Virus record (IMG/VR): IMGVR_UViG_3300042317_000620
Location: 9,170 to 73,169 of that record
Reading direction: 5' to 3' (one strand)
Length of the DNA stretch: 64,000 nt
DNA from: a virus
Taxonomy: Duplodnaviria > Caudoviricetes
Shown: piece after piece, positions 9,576-19,137 of the stretch
Layout of the letters: the number at the start of each line of letters is the position of its first letter
How positions within the stretch are numbered: position 1 is the stretch's first letter
The notes under the pieces: generated by a model
Told to the model about the DNA's origin: nothing
What the model saw: only the letters and a program-made list of their open reading frames with translations
The model's database searches: none
Program-made: the position numbers and the translations under genes

Positions 9576-10608
9576 GATAAACCCTTTTAAAAAATTGATT
9601 AATCCATTCATTATTTTTTAATAATTCTACTAAATCTGACCCATTTGATTTATAAAGATTTTTTATTGAAATATGCGTATGACCTTTAACCCATGAAAAG
9701 TCTCTATAAAAACTGTGTAAAGATAATTCATGTGTAACTGTTAATGTGTTTGGGTTAAATGGATTTCCACCTATAGGGGTATATAATTCTATTACATTTC
9801 CCTCATCTTGCATCATTAACATATTAATGAGCCCACTGCCAGTAAGCCCTATTAAAGTTTTTACAGAATTAAAATATTCAATTTGTTCTTCAAAAGTTTT
9901 AAAGTTTTCTGCTGCAACAATCTCACATCCAAAATTTTGAAAAAAGTCAACTAAACTCTCTTCGCCTTCAGTTCTAGCATTTGCAACCCAGTTTGCTGAG
10001 TTAGAAACTGCTGACCTACTTAAATAAACTGTTTTATTTGAAATAATTGTTTTATCTTTGGGTAAGTATTTTTTAAAAAGTTTTGATAGAACTGCTAATT
10101 GTTGTTCTTGCATCATTTGCGGATTCCATAGAGCATAATTATTAATTTGAAGTATTAAGTCTTTATTAGGATATGCTTCATCACTTTGAACTTGTTTATT
10201 ATTACTTTCTATAGATCTACTTCTAATAAAAATATAATTAATTTCTAAATCAGTTAATACTTTAAGAAAAAATGTAAAATAGGTTGGACCATCTCCATCA
10301 AACCAAGACGGGGGTATGTCTGATGTTTCTAAGACAAAACTAAACTTTCTTCTTTGTTTTTTATAATATGCATCCATAATAATTATTAAAGAAAGATTAT
10401 CTATAAAAAGATGAAACATGCGTGGATGTAAGGCAAAAAGTATTTTAAAATCATCATCAATTATTTTTATAATATTCTTTTTATTAACAACTTCTTCTTT
10501 ATTTAAAGTTCTAAAAGATTGAAATGGTTTTCTATACTCTAAATATCCTTCTTCTGGATTCAATAGAAGTAAACGGTACATTCCTATTTGATTAATTGAT
10601 AGTGCCAT
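9568..10608 (-). CDS. GT61 (DUF563) glycosyltransferase
   Basis: FH, VYLSR, FEEQIEYF, IGLTGSGLINMLMM, VIEL. Confidence 0.75.
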   Translation of the reverse strand: MALSINQIGMYRLLLLNPEEGYLEYRKPFQSFRTLNKEEVVNKKNIIKIIDDDFKILFALHPRMFHLFIDNLSLIIIMDAYYKKQRRKFSFVLETSDIPPSWFDGDGPTYFTFFLKVLTDLEINYIFIRSRSIESNNKQVQSDEAYPNKDLILQINNYALWNPQMMQEQQLAVLSKLFKKYLPKDKTIISNKTVYLSRSAVSNSANWVANARTEGEESLVDFFQNFGCEIVAAENFKTFEEQIEYFNSVKTLIGLTGSGLINMLMMQDEGNVIELYTPIGGNPFNPNTLTVTHELSLHSFYRDFSWVKGHTHISIKNLYKSNGSDLVELLKNNEWINQFFKRVYHE

Positions 10609-10626
10609 TTTTCCTCCAAACTAATT

Positions 10627-10911
10627 TTACCCCTCAATTGTTAAATTTTCCCAAATTTCAGCCCATCTAGGCTTCGTCTTATGGTTGTTAAACTCTCTAG
10701 AAATGTTTCCCTTGTCTAAGTATACTCCGCCCCATACTCCATACTCTTTTTCAGATATACCGACAGCAAAGCAGGTTCTTGCTACAGGGCATGCCATACA
10801 AACATTGTCTACTCCATGCCTAATGTTTGGATTATCTTCATATTTATCAAAGAATAAATTTGTATCATAGTCAAGACAAGCAGCATCTTCTTTCCATAAA
10901 TGCTTATTCAT
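10627..10911 (-). CDS. whiB: WhiB-family Fe-S transcription factor
   Basis: W..DAAC...LFF...C..CPV...C and GVWGG. Confidence 0.9.
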   Translation of the reverse strand: MNKHLWKEDAACLDYDTNLFFDKYEDNPNIRHGVDNVCMACPVARTCFAVGISEKEYGVWGGVYLDKGNISREFNNHKTKPRWAEIWENLTIEG

Positions 10912-11123
10912 TATGACTCCAAGTGTTTTTGGCTTATCTTCCACCCGTTTTGACCTGGAGCATAAACTGTTTTAACATACCAATTGCCATCAACAAATGC
11001 ACCATTTGTTTGGTATATTGCTGTTTTAGACTTTGATAGATGAATTACATTCCACCCATCCCACCTTAAACTTGAATTAGCAGAAACGATTTTTTCCATT
11101 TGATCTAATGCTGTGATATTCAT
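10911..11123 (-). CDS. Hypothetical protein
   Basis: AAGGA RBS; TAATG coupling to whiB. Confidence 0.6.
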   Translation of the reverse strand: MNITALDQMEKIVSANSSLRWDGWNVIHLSKSKTAIYQTNGAFVDGNWYVKTVYAPGQNGWKISQKHLES

Positions 11124-11130
11124 GATTTCC

Positions 11131-11481
11131 TTAGTATGAGAACACGTTTAATTCAACATTGTTAGATTGTGCAAGTGAAGCCAACTTCGATATATATTGA
11201 TTAGGCTTACTAAAATACGCAAAATAATTAATGTCGTTTATATTTTCTTCAATCCATTGAGGATTTGCTTTATAGAACTTTACCCTAATGCCTCTTGCCT
11301 TTAGTCCTTTTTCAGAAACATTGCAAAACTCAGAAACAAAAGAATGAACTTGTTGTGGACCAACTGAATAGACTATGTACTCTTCATTATCTTGTTTGAT
11401 AGATGAAAGAGCAATTCCCATAGCACGAAGAAATACCTGGTAGTCATTGAACTCATTTGTCCCCTGCACCACGACCTTCAT
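11131..11481 (-). CDS. Hypothetical protein, possibly SLOG/YspA-like
   Basis: MKVVVQGTNEFNDY resembles the YspA N-terminus. Confidence 0.5.
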   Translation of the reverse strand: MKVVVQGTNEFNDYQVFLRAMGIALSSIKQDNEEYIVYSVGPQQVHSFVSEFCNVSEKGLKARGIRVKFYKANPQWIEENINDINYFAYFSKPNQYISKLASLAQSNNVELNVFSY

Positions 11482-11863
11482 TCTTACTCCTATCAGTTAG
11501 TTTATCTAGTATATTAAGCATTTTTTTTAATTCTTCTTTTGACATACCTTCTGTATTTACAGGAGATGTTGTTGATCGATCCACATTACCATCTTCAACA
11601 TCGGCTTTATAAAAAATATTTTTATGAACCCAGTATGCATAATCTTCAGTTATTAAAACATCTATAATACTTTCTCTATTACGTTTTCTTGACTGAGTAT
11701 CTTTTACATCAATTGGAACCAAGTCTGGCAAAAATGGACCAATAATCTGATGTATACTACTTTGTCGATATTTAATTTTAGACCTTTTTTCTTTAGGCTT
11801 TCTTATATAAATTATAGCAAGAATAGCGACCGTTGTCAAGAACGATACAAGAAAATCATTCAT
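11453..11863 (-). CDS. Hypothetical membrane-anchored protein, leaderless
   Basis: N-terminal TM helix then basic patch; TACAAT 6 nt before ATG. Confidence 0.6.
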   Translation of the reverse strand: MNDFLVSFLTTVAILAIIYIRKPKEKRSKIKYRQSSIHQIIGPFLPDLVPIDVKDTQSRKRNRESIIDVLITEDYAYWVHKNIFYKADVEDGNVDRSTTSPVNTEGMSKEELKKMLNILDKLTDRSKNEGRGAGDK

Positions 11864-11882
11864 GTATCTATTGTAGCACTAC

Positions 11883-12221
11883 TTATCTTTTTTCATGGTA
11901 AACACGTTTAAGTTCTTTTAAAAAGTTTTGTAGTGTTTCATTTAAGTCATTAATTTCATTTTTATCAAATGCTTTTTTTGTTAACTTTACCGTTGGACTT
12001 TGTTCAAATAAATCCATGTCAACAAAACCCTTTTCCCATAATGCCATAACCTCTGTATTCAACATTGACATGTGCATTTTATAAAGATCAGGGTCAACAT
12101 CTTCTAGTTTTTCTGTAAAACGATAAAGTGGTTCGCCATCTTCGGCAAATCCTTCAAATGAAACAGCACCTTTATCAATTAAATTAATTAGTGCAAATTC
12201 TGCAGCCTCGTCTGGTGTCAT
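11883..12221 (-). CDS. Hypothetical protein
   Basis: GGAG RBS; TAATG coupling. Confidence 0.6.
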   Translation of the reverse strand: MTPDEAAEFALINLIDKGAVSFEGFAEDGEPLYRFTEKLEDVDPDLYKMHMSMLNTEVMALWEKGFVDMDLFEQSPTVKLTKKAFDKNEINDLNETLQNFLKELKRVYHEKR

Positions 12222-12478
12222 TAATGTGACTCTCCTTTGCTGCGATTTTCGATAAGTCTTTCTCTTTCATCAAGTACTGAATATGCATAAGCCATCATCT
12301 TTCTGGATCCTTCAATGTCATTCATGATTTTCCCATAATGATGTCCACAAAACATTAACTCTCCATTAACGCCAGTTACAGATACATAAGCCTGTGAAGA
12401 ACAACCATCGCATCTATCTTGTGCAGTCAACAGCCATTTACGCTCTTCTACTTTTTCTTCAGTGCCCATCTTAAACAT
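12221..12478 (-). CDS. Small zinc-finger protein
   Basis: DRCDGC...LMFCGHH; exact start uncertain. Confidence 0.6.
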   Translation of the reverse strand: MFKMGTEEKVEERKWLLTAQDRCDGCSSQAYVSVTGVNGELMFCGHHYGKIMNDIEGSRKMMAYAYSVLDERERLIENRSKGESH

Positions 12479-12479
12479 A

Positions 12480-12665
12480 TTATACCCTCTTATTGTCGGT
12501 GGAATAAAAACCCTTACCATTAAATTGTACACCAAAAGGAGTATATTGTCTAGTCAGAACCACACCACATTTTTCACAGTTGTACTGTGGCTCTGACTCT
12601 ACTATTGACCTAGTTTTAATTATTTCTGTATCACATTCAAGACACTTGTAAACATAGTCTGGCAT
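12480..12665 (-). CDS. FmdB-family zinc-ribbon protein
   Basis: MP.Y.YKC..C...C..CG...FNGKGFYSTD. Confidence 0.85.
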   Translation of the reverse strand: MPDYVYKCLECDTEIIKTRSIVESEPQYNCEKCGVVLTRQYTPFGVQFNGKGFYSTDNKRV

Positions 12666-12865
12666 TATTGTATTTTCTTGCTAAACCTTGCCCACACACG
12701 TTCGTGAATGTAGTATGCACAGAATTCCCAAGCAATATACACAAGAGATCCTAAACTGGCATATTCCCATTCACGAGTAAATGCGTAAATAAGACCATAT
12801 ACAAAACCAATATGGACAAACTGCCAACTAATTGTTTTTAACAAACTTCTCTTACTTGATTCCAT
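12665..12865 (-). CDS. DUF2061-like small membrane protein
   Basis: RSLLKTISW...YYIHERVW. Confidence 0.75.
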   Translation of the reverse strand: MESSKRSLLKTISWQFVHIGFVYGLIYAFTREWEYASLGSLVYIAWEFCAYYIHERVWARFSKKIQ

Positions 12866-13462
12866 TTATTTTGCTGCCTTCTTCGCTGCCTTTTTTACAG
12901 GCTTTGCTGCTGGCTTTGCAAGTTTTACCTCTAATGGCTGTCCTTCTTCACCTTTATAAACTGGACGACCCCAGGCAACAACTCCATTGATTAACTTTTT
13001 GCCATTGTTCTTAACGTATGCACGAGTTTTTTCTACGCACATTCCGCCGTTTCTTTGGTCTCCCTTTGCAGTTCCTGAAGTGTTTCCTTCAATAACTTGG
13101 ATGGTTCCATCTCCATTATTCTTAATGCAAATTCCAACATGTGAAATACGATTTACACCATCTTCTGGGAAATCAAAATAAATCCAGTCTCCTGGAGTTG
13201 GATCATCATTACGAGCATCTGACCAGCGATTATTTTTCTTAAACCAATCTGATGCTGCTACTGTTGATGCTGACTTTGGATACTTCTTTGGATCTAGCCC
13301 AGAAGTAAATGCACACCAAGAAACAAATGATTGGCACCATGGCTGAAAATTCATACCAGTCCATTTTCCGTACTTTGTTTCATTATCTTTTGGACCCTCA
13401 ATAGTTCCAATTTCTTTCTTAGCGATCTCAATGATTGCCTCTACTGTACCTTTTTCTGCCAT
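12866..13462 (-). CDS. CHAP-domain endolysin
   Basis: PWCQSFVSW (Cys), PGD, HVGI (His), IEGNT. Confidence 0.85.
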   Translation of the reverse strand: MAEKGTVEAIIEIAKKEIGTIEGPKDNETKYGKWTGMNFQPWCQSFVSWCAFTSGLDPKKYPKSASTVAASDWFKKNNRWSDARNDDPTPGDWIYFDFPEDGVNRISHVGICIKNNGDGTIQVIEGNTSGTAKGDQRNGGMCVEKTRAYVKNNGKKLINGVVAWGRPVYKGEEGQPLEVKLAKPAAKPVKKAAKKAAK

Positions 13463-13474
13463 TTTATTCTCCTT

Positions 13475-14899
13475 TTATTTGCAAATAGGAAAGTTATATG
13501 CTTTTTCCCATTCAATTATATCATGTTCGTCATTAAGCAACGGTTGTCCCTTAATGTTTAAACTTGTATTTAATAATACTGGAACCCCAGTTTCTAAATA
13601 AAACTTATTAAGAACTCTATATAACCCTGGATGTTGCTTTTCATTAACAGTTTGAACCCTGGATGTTCCATCAACATGTACTACAGATGGGATTTCTTTT
13701 GATTTTTTACATTTAACTGCATACTGCATATATGGAATAGATTTTGTTGGCATATCAAACCATTTATCTGCTAGATGTTCTAGTACGACTGGAGCAAATG
13801 GTCTAAACTCTTGCCTTTGTTTTATTTTATTTACCCTGTTTTTAATATCAGGATCTCTTGGGTCTGCCAAGATACTTCTATTTCCAAATGCTCTTGGTCC
13901 ATATTCTGCTCTTCCATTTGCTACTGCAACTATTTTATCTTTTTTTAATCCATCAAGTATGTCTTGTACTGGATACTTATCTCCAATTTTATGACCTAAA
14001 TAAGGTCCTTGCCAATCAAGATGTTTACCATATAACGCTGCTGCTGCCCCCAAAGACGAACCAGCATCTCCAGGATTAGGCATAATCCAAACATCTTCAA
14101 ATATATCCCATAATTTTGTATTAGCAGAACAGTTTAATGCACAACCACCCATAAAAACTAATTTGGTTTTTTTTGTTTTTTGTTTTGCATATCTCATAAA
14201 TTCCATAAGCCTATTTTCATAAACTTTTTGAACTGCTGCTGCAATATCAAATTTATCTTGTTCTAAAATTATATTTCGCCAATCATGTATTCCTTTATGA
14301 AGGTTATACTTTTGTCTATTAAACACAGGGAAATATTCATCCACTTCTTTTAAATATTTTGATGGATCGCCATAACCAGCCATGCCCATAAAAATATACT
14401 CTTCCTCATTGGGCTTTAATCCGACAAGTTTTGTAAATGCTGAATAAAATAATCCAAAACTTATTGGATAATTAATTGATTCAATATGATTTATTTTATT
14501 TCCTTCACCAGTCCAAATTGTAGACGTGTTCCACTCACCAATAGCATCAACAACAACTATCAATGCATTATCAAACTTGCTTGTATAGTATCCTGCTGAT
14601 GCATGTGAATAATGATGTTTAAAGTTTACCCTTGGTACTTCCAAAAGATCAAATTTAGGTTTCCAATCTGATGACCCACCGAACAACAACCTAGATTTTT
14701 TTAAATATGGTTTTTCATAATATGCGATCTTATCTGGTTTACCATAGTTAAATGCATCATTAATTAGTTGTTGATTAACATACCAATCATTTTTAACCTT
14801 ACTATATCTTTCTGCATGCCCTGCAAAAAGTATTTCTCCATCTTTAATTAAAGATACAGATGCATCATGAGAGGTTTCATTAATACCTAAAATTATCAT
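13475..14899 (-). CDS. NodU/CmcH-family carbamoyltransferase
   Basis: HDAS, HHYSHA, DAIGE, GGCALN, GDAG, EYGPRAFGNRS, RPFAP, NTSLN. Confidence 0.92.
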   Translation of the reverse strand: MIILGINETSHDASVSLIKDGEILFAGHAERYSKVKNDWYVNQQLINDAFNYGKPDKIAYYEKPYLKKSRLLFGGSSDWKPKFDLLEVPRVNFKHHYSHASAGYYTSKFDNALIVVVDAIGEWNTSTIWTGEGNKINHIESINYPISFGLFYSAFTKLVGLKPNEEEYIFMGMAGYGDPSKYLKEVDEYFPVFNRQKYNLHKGIHDWRNIILEQDKFDIAAAVQKVYENRLMEFMRYAKQKTKKTKLVFMGGCALNCSANTKLWDIFEDVWIMPNPGDAGSSLGAAAALYGKHLDWQGPYLGHKIGDKYPVQDILDGLKKDKIVAVANGRAEYGPRAFGNRSILADPRDPDIKNRVNKIKQRQEFRPFAPVVLEHLADKWFDMPTKSIPYMQYAVKCKKSKEIPSVVHVDGTSRVQTVNEKQHPGLYRVLNKFYLETGVPVLLNTSLNIKGQPLLNDEHDIIEWEKAYNFPICK

Positions 14900-15543
14900 T
14901 ATTCTTCTCCAGTTGAGTCATATTTTCTATGACTAGGGACATTGTGGTACCAATTTGGCAAAGAATACTTTATACCACTAGTAATTTCTTGAACTTCATG
15001 CACATATAAAAAATTGGATGGAAAAAATAAAATGCTGCCAGCCTCTGGCTTTAACGAAATATTTGAATGTTTAAAGACAATATTTCCACCTTCATAGTCA
15101 TCATTTAAATACATAAGAACAGATAGTGTTCTTGTGCTGACTCCATGATCTTGGTGTGGTGGCAAATGACCACTTTTTTCATATTTTAATAAATGCATAC
15201 TATCATCTCTAGACTTTATATTTAAAAATGGATATATTTCTTTATATTCCAATAAGTATTTATCTAAAGGATTAAAAAGTTTGTTAGATAAATCCAAAAG
15301 TTCTTTGTAATAATAATCATTTTTATCAATGAAGTCTGGTGGTAAAAAAAACTTTTGCCAGCAAAAATGTATATCTCCATAGGACCAAGAAGACCAATCA
15401 TCTACTAAAGTGTTTTTATTGTTATGCTCATTATCTAAAAATCTTTTGTTTAAACTTTCTACATCTTTTATAATTTGTTCTGGACTAGTGATTGCATTTT
15501 TAAAATAAACCAGTCCTAAATCTAAAATCTCTGCCATAATCAA
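14899..15543 (-). CDS. 2OG-Fe(II) oxygenase, prolyl-4-hydroxylase-like
   Basis: HQD, YLNDDYEGG, FPS, HEV, KYS. Confidence 0.85.
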   Translation of the reverse strand: MIMAEILDLGLVYFKNAITSPEQIIKDVESLNKRFLDNEHNNKNTLVDDWSSWSYGDIHFCWQKFFLPPDFIDKNDYYYKELLDLSNKLFNPLDKYLLEYKEIYPFLNIKSRDDSMHLLKYEKSGHLPPHQDHGVSTRTLSVLMYLNDDYEGGNIVFKHSNISLKPEAGSILFFPSNFLYVHEVQEITSGIKYSLPNWYHNVPSHRKYDSTGEE

Positions 15544-16100
15544 ACCAAAAATTCTGGATCTGCATGATCCTTAAAAGATGTATGCATATATAATAATGTA
15601 TGTCTGTTTCCTGATATAACTTCTGATATTCCATGAATATATTCTGTCCCAGCGCTTGGGAAAAATACTGCTGAATATTTTTTAGGTTGGTACTGAAAAT
15701 TTTGTCTTGGAAAAAAAATTTTACCTCCAACAAACTCATCATTTAGATATATTACAGTGCTCCATTCAATCCACGGTTCTGGATCTTGTGCGTCTGCATG
15801 AACCCCACCAGACATTCCAGATGTCCACCAAGAACCAAACGCTTTAAATGTATATATTGGATCATGAAATCCATTAATTTCTTTTTGAACACTGTTAGAC
15901 TTATCAGAATATTTTTTTAAAATAGACTGAACATTTTCATTATATGGAAATGCAGTTCCTCCAAATCTTTCTTTATAGTATTCTGGATATGGATTTTGTG
16001 AAGAAGGGCTCTTCATTTCAGAAATTAAAATATCAGCATCTTGTTCTTCTATAAAATTATCTTTAATAATTATCCTGTGTTTTGTAGAAAAATCTGTCAT
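15540..16100 (-). CDS. 2OG-Fe(II) oxygenase, prolyl-4-hydroxylase-like
   Basis: HAD, YLNDEFVGG, HGI, GNR. Confidence 0.85.
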   Translation of the reverse strand: MTDFSTKHRIIIKDNFIEEQDADILISEMKSPSSQNPYPEYYKERFGGTAFPYNENVQSILKKYSDKSNSVQKEINGFHDPIYTFKAFGSWWTSGMSGGVHADAQDPEPWIEWSTVIYLNDEFVGGKIFFPRQNFQYQPKKYSAVFFPSAGTEYIHGISEVISGNRHTLLYMHTSFKDHADPEFLV

Positions 16101-16112
16101 GATTATAGTATA

Positions 16113-16925
16113 TCAGTTAATTGCCTGAACGGAAGTATAAAATTTTTCTCCGCCAACAAGATTATAAATAGATTTATTTGTATCATACATAACATCGTTT
16201 TGCTCAAACGGAAGTGACAATAGATTATCTATAGATATATTATTATATTTAATAAAGTTATTGCTTTCTGAAATAATTGTTTTTAAATAATCATATCCAT
16301 GATTTAAAGAAAATGGAACATATGGATGTGTATTGAGATCTTGTGTATTATCAATATAAAAATCATTACTTAAAGAATATATGCTAATATTTTTGTTAAA
16401 GGCATTACATGAAAAATCTTCTTCGTCTCCATTATATTTCATAATATTAGAAAATCCAATCTGTTTTAATATTTTTGTTTTAGAAAAAATAAAATTTCTA
16501 TCTATTAATCCAATTTTATTATTTTTTAATGATTGTGTTTTTTCTTTTATTATTTTAAACCTATCAATTAAAATTTTTGGAATATAGTTTGATGATAAAA
16601 TAGAGTCTGGAAAAACAGATTCTTGTTTCATTAAATCAACATCCCAGTTTTTATTTAATAAAACACCATCTCCTATATATAAAAAAAATAATTCTTGACA
16701 CGATTTTAACACTTCGTTTTTATATAAATTTGGACTTTTAACACTATCCCAAAAAATATGTTTATAAAAACAACCACCAAATCTATCTTTACGATTTAAA
16801 GGATGTTGATCAAAAATATAAACATTAACCATATTTAAATTAGATTTATTTTTAATTAATGTATTTACAGTTTCTTGTAAAGTTTTTGACTTATAGCCAT
16901 AAATACATACAGCAATAGAACTCAT
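16113..16925 (-). CDS. Divergent GT-A glycosyltransferase resembling GT60
   Basis: IAVCIYGYK, DQ, NWD, NFIFS, GDEE echo the GT60 pattern, but the DSH motif is replaced. Confidence 0.5.
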   Translation of the reverse strand: MSSIAVCIYGYKSKTLQETVNTLIKNKSNLNMVNVYIFDQHPLNRKDRFGGCFYKHIFWDSVKSPNLYKNEVLKSCQELFFLYIGDGVLLNKNWDVDLMKQESVFPDSILSSNYIPKILIDRFKIIKEKTQSLKNNKIGLIDRNFIFSKTKILKQIGFSNIMKYNGDEEDFSCNAFNKNISIYSLSNDFYIDNTQDLNTHPYVPFSLNHGYDYLKTIISESNNFIKYNNISIDNLLSLPFEQNDVMYDTNKSIYNLVGGEKFYTSVQAIN

Positions 16926-17647
16926 TGCTTATCATACTCTTTTTTTTGCCATACATTTTTTTTATAATATCCATAGACACGAGATCTTCTTTTTTCTGCA
17001 TCAAAATCGTGTTGCTCATATGTAGATTCAGAATTATCTATCTCAAGATTCCAAGAATTTCTTTTAATTGGAACCAACTGCATTATTGGAGTTCCTTTTG
17101 GTATTACGCCTTCAAATCCAGTTTTTAAGAAAAATGCAATAAAAACTGGGAGTCCCCATATATCTGAATCAACTATTCCAGACATAGTGGTAAATGGTAA
17201 ATCAAACCTATTCATAGGATGAGTCATAAGCAAAGAATAATTTTCTGGTGTTTTATAATAAAAATTCATTCTCCATCCAAAATGCAGTGGATGATGTTTG
17301 TATGGAACAGCAACTTCTATCGTAGGCCTCTTATCAATTAAAAGACCTCCACTTTTCCATGACATTGTTGGAAATCCTTCTTCATCTAATTTTACAATTA
17401 AGTCATCATTTAGTAATGCCATATATCCTGATGTAATGGCATCATAGAATGGCAAACACATTTTTGTTGCAACCAGCGCACCGTCAGCCCCATGCTGGTT
17501 TACTGGATTTAAATTTTTTTGATCATTAGTATCTCCATGCTTTGCTAATGATTTATACCATTCTGGAACAAATTTTACTGCAGGCTCAGGCATTAGATCA
17601 TTACTATTAATATTTGATGGAGTTATAATAATTTTTTTATCACTCAT
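16922..17647 (-). CDS. Conserved phage protein, DUF6065/dUTPase-like beta fold
   Basis: PEWYK, KMCLPF.DAI..GY, TP..YS, SGIVDSD, IPKGTPIMQLVP. Confidence 0.6.
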   Translation of the reverse strand: MSDKKIIITPSNINSNDLMPEPAVKFVPEWYKSLAKHGDTNDQKNLNPVNQHGADGALVATKMCLPFYDAITSGYMALLNDDLIVKLDEEGFPTMSWKSGGLLIDKRPTIEVAVPYKHHPLHFGWRMNFYYKTPENYSLLMTHPMNRFDLPFTTMSGIVDSDIWGLPVFIAFFLKTGFEGVIPKGTPIMQLVPIKRNSWNLEIDNSESTYEQHDFDAEKRRSRVYGYYKKNVWQKKEYDKQ

Positions 17648-18284
17648 AAATTTTTACTATTTCCTTTATAACATTTCTATCTTTTATAATTATATCATAC
17701 ATGGCAGTTCCAAATTTTATTATCCCATAATCACTATCTATTTTATAATTTGATTGTTTATATATAAAAAATGAAATAAAATCTGTATTTATTTCTTGTA
17801 AGTTATGATCAATACAATCATAAGTAATATTTTTTTCAAATATTAAAAATGGAGTATCTTCATCTTGAACATTTTTGTATTCTATATTACACGGATAATC
17901 AAAAATCCATGGGACATAAAATCTAAATTGTTCGGGATAGACATGCTCATTTGGTAAAAAATTTTTTATTTTTGATGGATAGAACTGTCTTTGATGAGGT
18001 CTATCTAGAACATATCTGTAATCTTTATAATCATAAAACCAAATATCCGCATGAGTTCTTTGTCTTAAAATAATCTCATCTTCTTTGTACGATATCAATT
18101 CTGGTTTTGGATACAAATATAAGACATAGTTATTTACTGGTTTTAATATTAAATTTTTATATTTATCGTTGCTTAAAACTTTTTGAAAACTTTTCCAGTT
18201 TGACTTTACCATTGCTATATTTTGTATTTCAATAAAAGAGTTAGAGTGACAATCAAGCCAAGATTTTGCTGGATATGGACTCAT
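17640..18284 (-). CDS. Hypothetical protein
   Basis: 214 aa ORF with AGGAG RBS. Confidence 0.6.
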   Translation of the reverse strand: MSPYPAKSWLDCHSNSFIEIQNIAMVKSNWKSFQKVLSNDKYKNLILKPVNNYVLYLYPKPELISYKEDEIILRQRTHADIWFYDYKDYRYVLDRPHQRQFYPSKIKNFLPNEHVYPEQFRFYVPWIFDYPCNIEYKNVQDEDTPFLIFEKNITYDCIDHNLQEINTDFISFFIYKQSNYKIDSDYGIIKFGTAMYDIIIKDRNVIKEIVKIYE

Positions 18285-18297
18285 GTTTCTCCTTTCG

Positions 18298-18368
18298 AGC
18301 CTCTTGTAAGAATCGAACTTACGCCATCCGCTTACAAGGCGGAGGCACTACCACTATGCTAAAGAGGC
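18298..18368 (-). tRNA. trnT: tRNA-Thr(UGU), CCA not encoded
   Basis: Acceptor GCCTCTT/AAGAGGC, D arm GCAT/GTGC, anticodon arm TCCGC-CTTGTAA-GCGGA, T arm GTAAG-TTCGATT-CTTAC. Confidence 0.93.
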
Positions 18369-18374
18369 AATTTT

Positions 18375-18575
18375 TTAATGTTCCCATTTGTCTTCAATTA
18401 TTTTAAATACAACTTGACAAGGATCTCCACCATCATTCCATTCTTTGGCTTCTTCTTCTGTCATATAAGGATCTCCATCATGGGTATTACAAAATGGTTC
18501 TGTTATCCATCCCCGATCAATTCCATTATTAATCCATATTTCAAACTCTAATTCTTCTGCTTTATCTATAGACAT
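18375..18575 (-). CDS. Hypothetical protein
   Basis: GWI...C.THDG.P...GGDPC; AAGGA RBS. Confidence 0.65.
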   Translation of the reverse strand: MSIDKAEELEFEIWINNGIDRGWITEPFCNTHDGDPYMTEEEAKEWNDGGDPCQVVFKIIEDKWEH

Positions 18576-18584
18576 ATTATATCC

Positions 18585-19109
18585 TTAAATACTAACTGTA
18601 TCAATTGGGCCCATACATGATGTTGAGAATTTAATTGCAGATGCAACTGCACCAATAGATCTTTTACGTGCGTCCTTTTGATTTTCTGTAGCAAACAAAT
18701 ATCCCATTGCATACGATGAGCCAGAACCCATTGTAAGATATTCATTGTTATATTGAGTTAATGACATGTCTGCTGCACTATGTTCAAAGATTTCACCTTT
18801 AACGCAAATGATCATTCCAAAATCAGAATCTTTTGAAACGTCTACCCACCAATCATTATAAAAATCTCTAAGTTCTTTGATAAACTTTGTATACATAAAT
18901 TTTTGTATATTGTTTCCAGTTGGAATAGATGGTTTAAAATTATGTCGAATGCGTTCGCCATCCATACTGCCTGCATAACCGATAATATACGGACCTAATT
19001 GCCAAACTTTTGGCGTGGAAGATGCAAGCATCATATCATCATCAGATACACCACGTTCACCAGACATATAAATTTTATCTTCTTTACGAACAGCAACAAT
19101 ACAAGTCAC
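18585..19109 (-). CDS. HslV/proteasome-beta-like Ntn protease
   Basis: GTG start gives N-terminal Thr (TCIVA); K in PKV, GYAGS, MGSGS. Confidence 0.75.
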   Translation of the reverse strand: MTCIVAVRKEDKIYMSGERGVSDDDMMLASSTPKVWQLGPYIIGYAGSMDGERIRHNFKPSIPTGNNIQKFMYTKFIKELRDFYNDWWVDVSKDSDFGMIICVKGEIFEHSAADMSLTQYNNEYLTMGSGSSYAMGYLFATENQKDARKRSIGAVASAIKFSTSCMGPIDTVSI

Positions 19110-19137
19110 AAATACCCCTTTGATAGCACCTAAATCA

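Noticed and set aside
14899-16100. TET/JBP DNA hydroxylases
   Set aside because: Motifs fit the P4H-like class (YLND...GG), and no cytosine methyltransferase is adjacent
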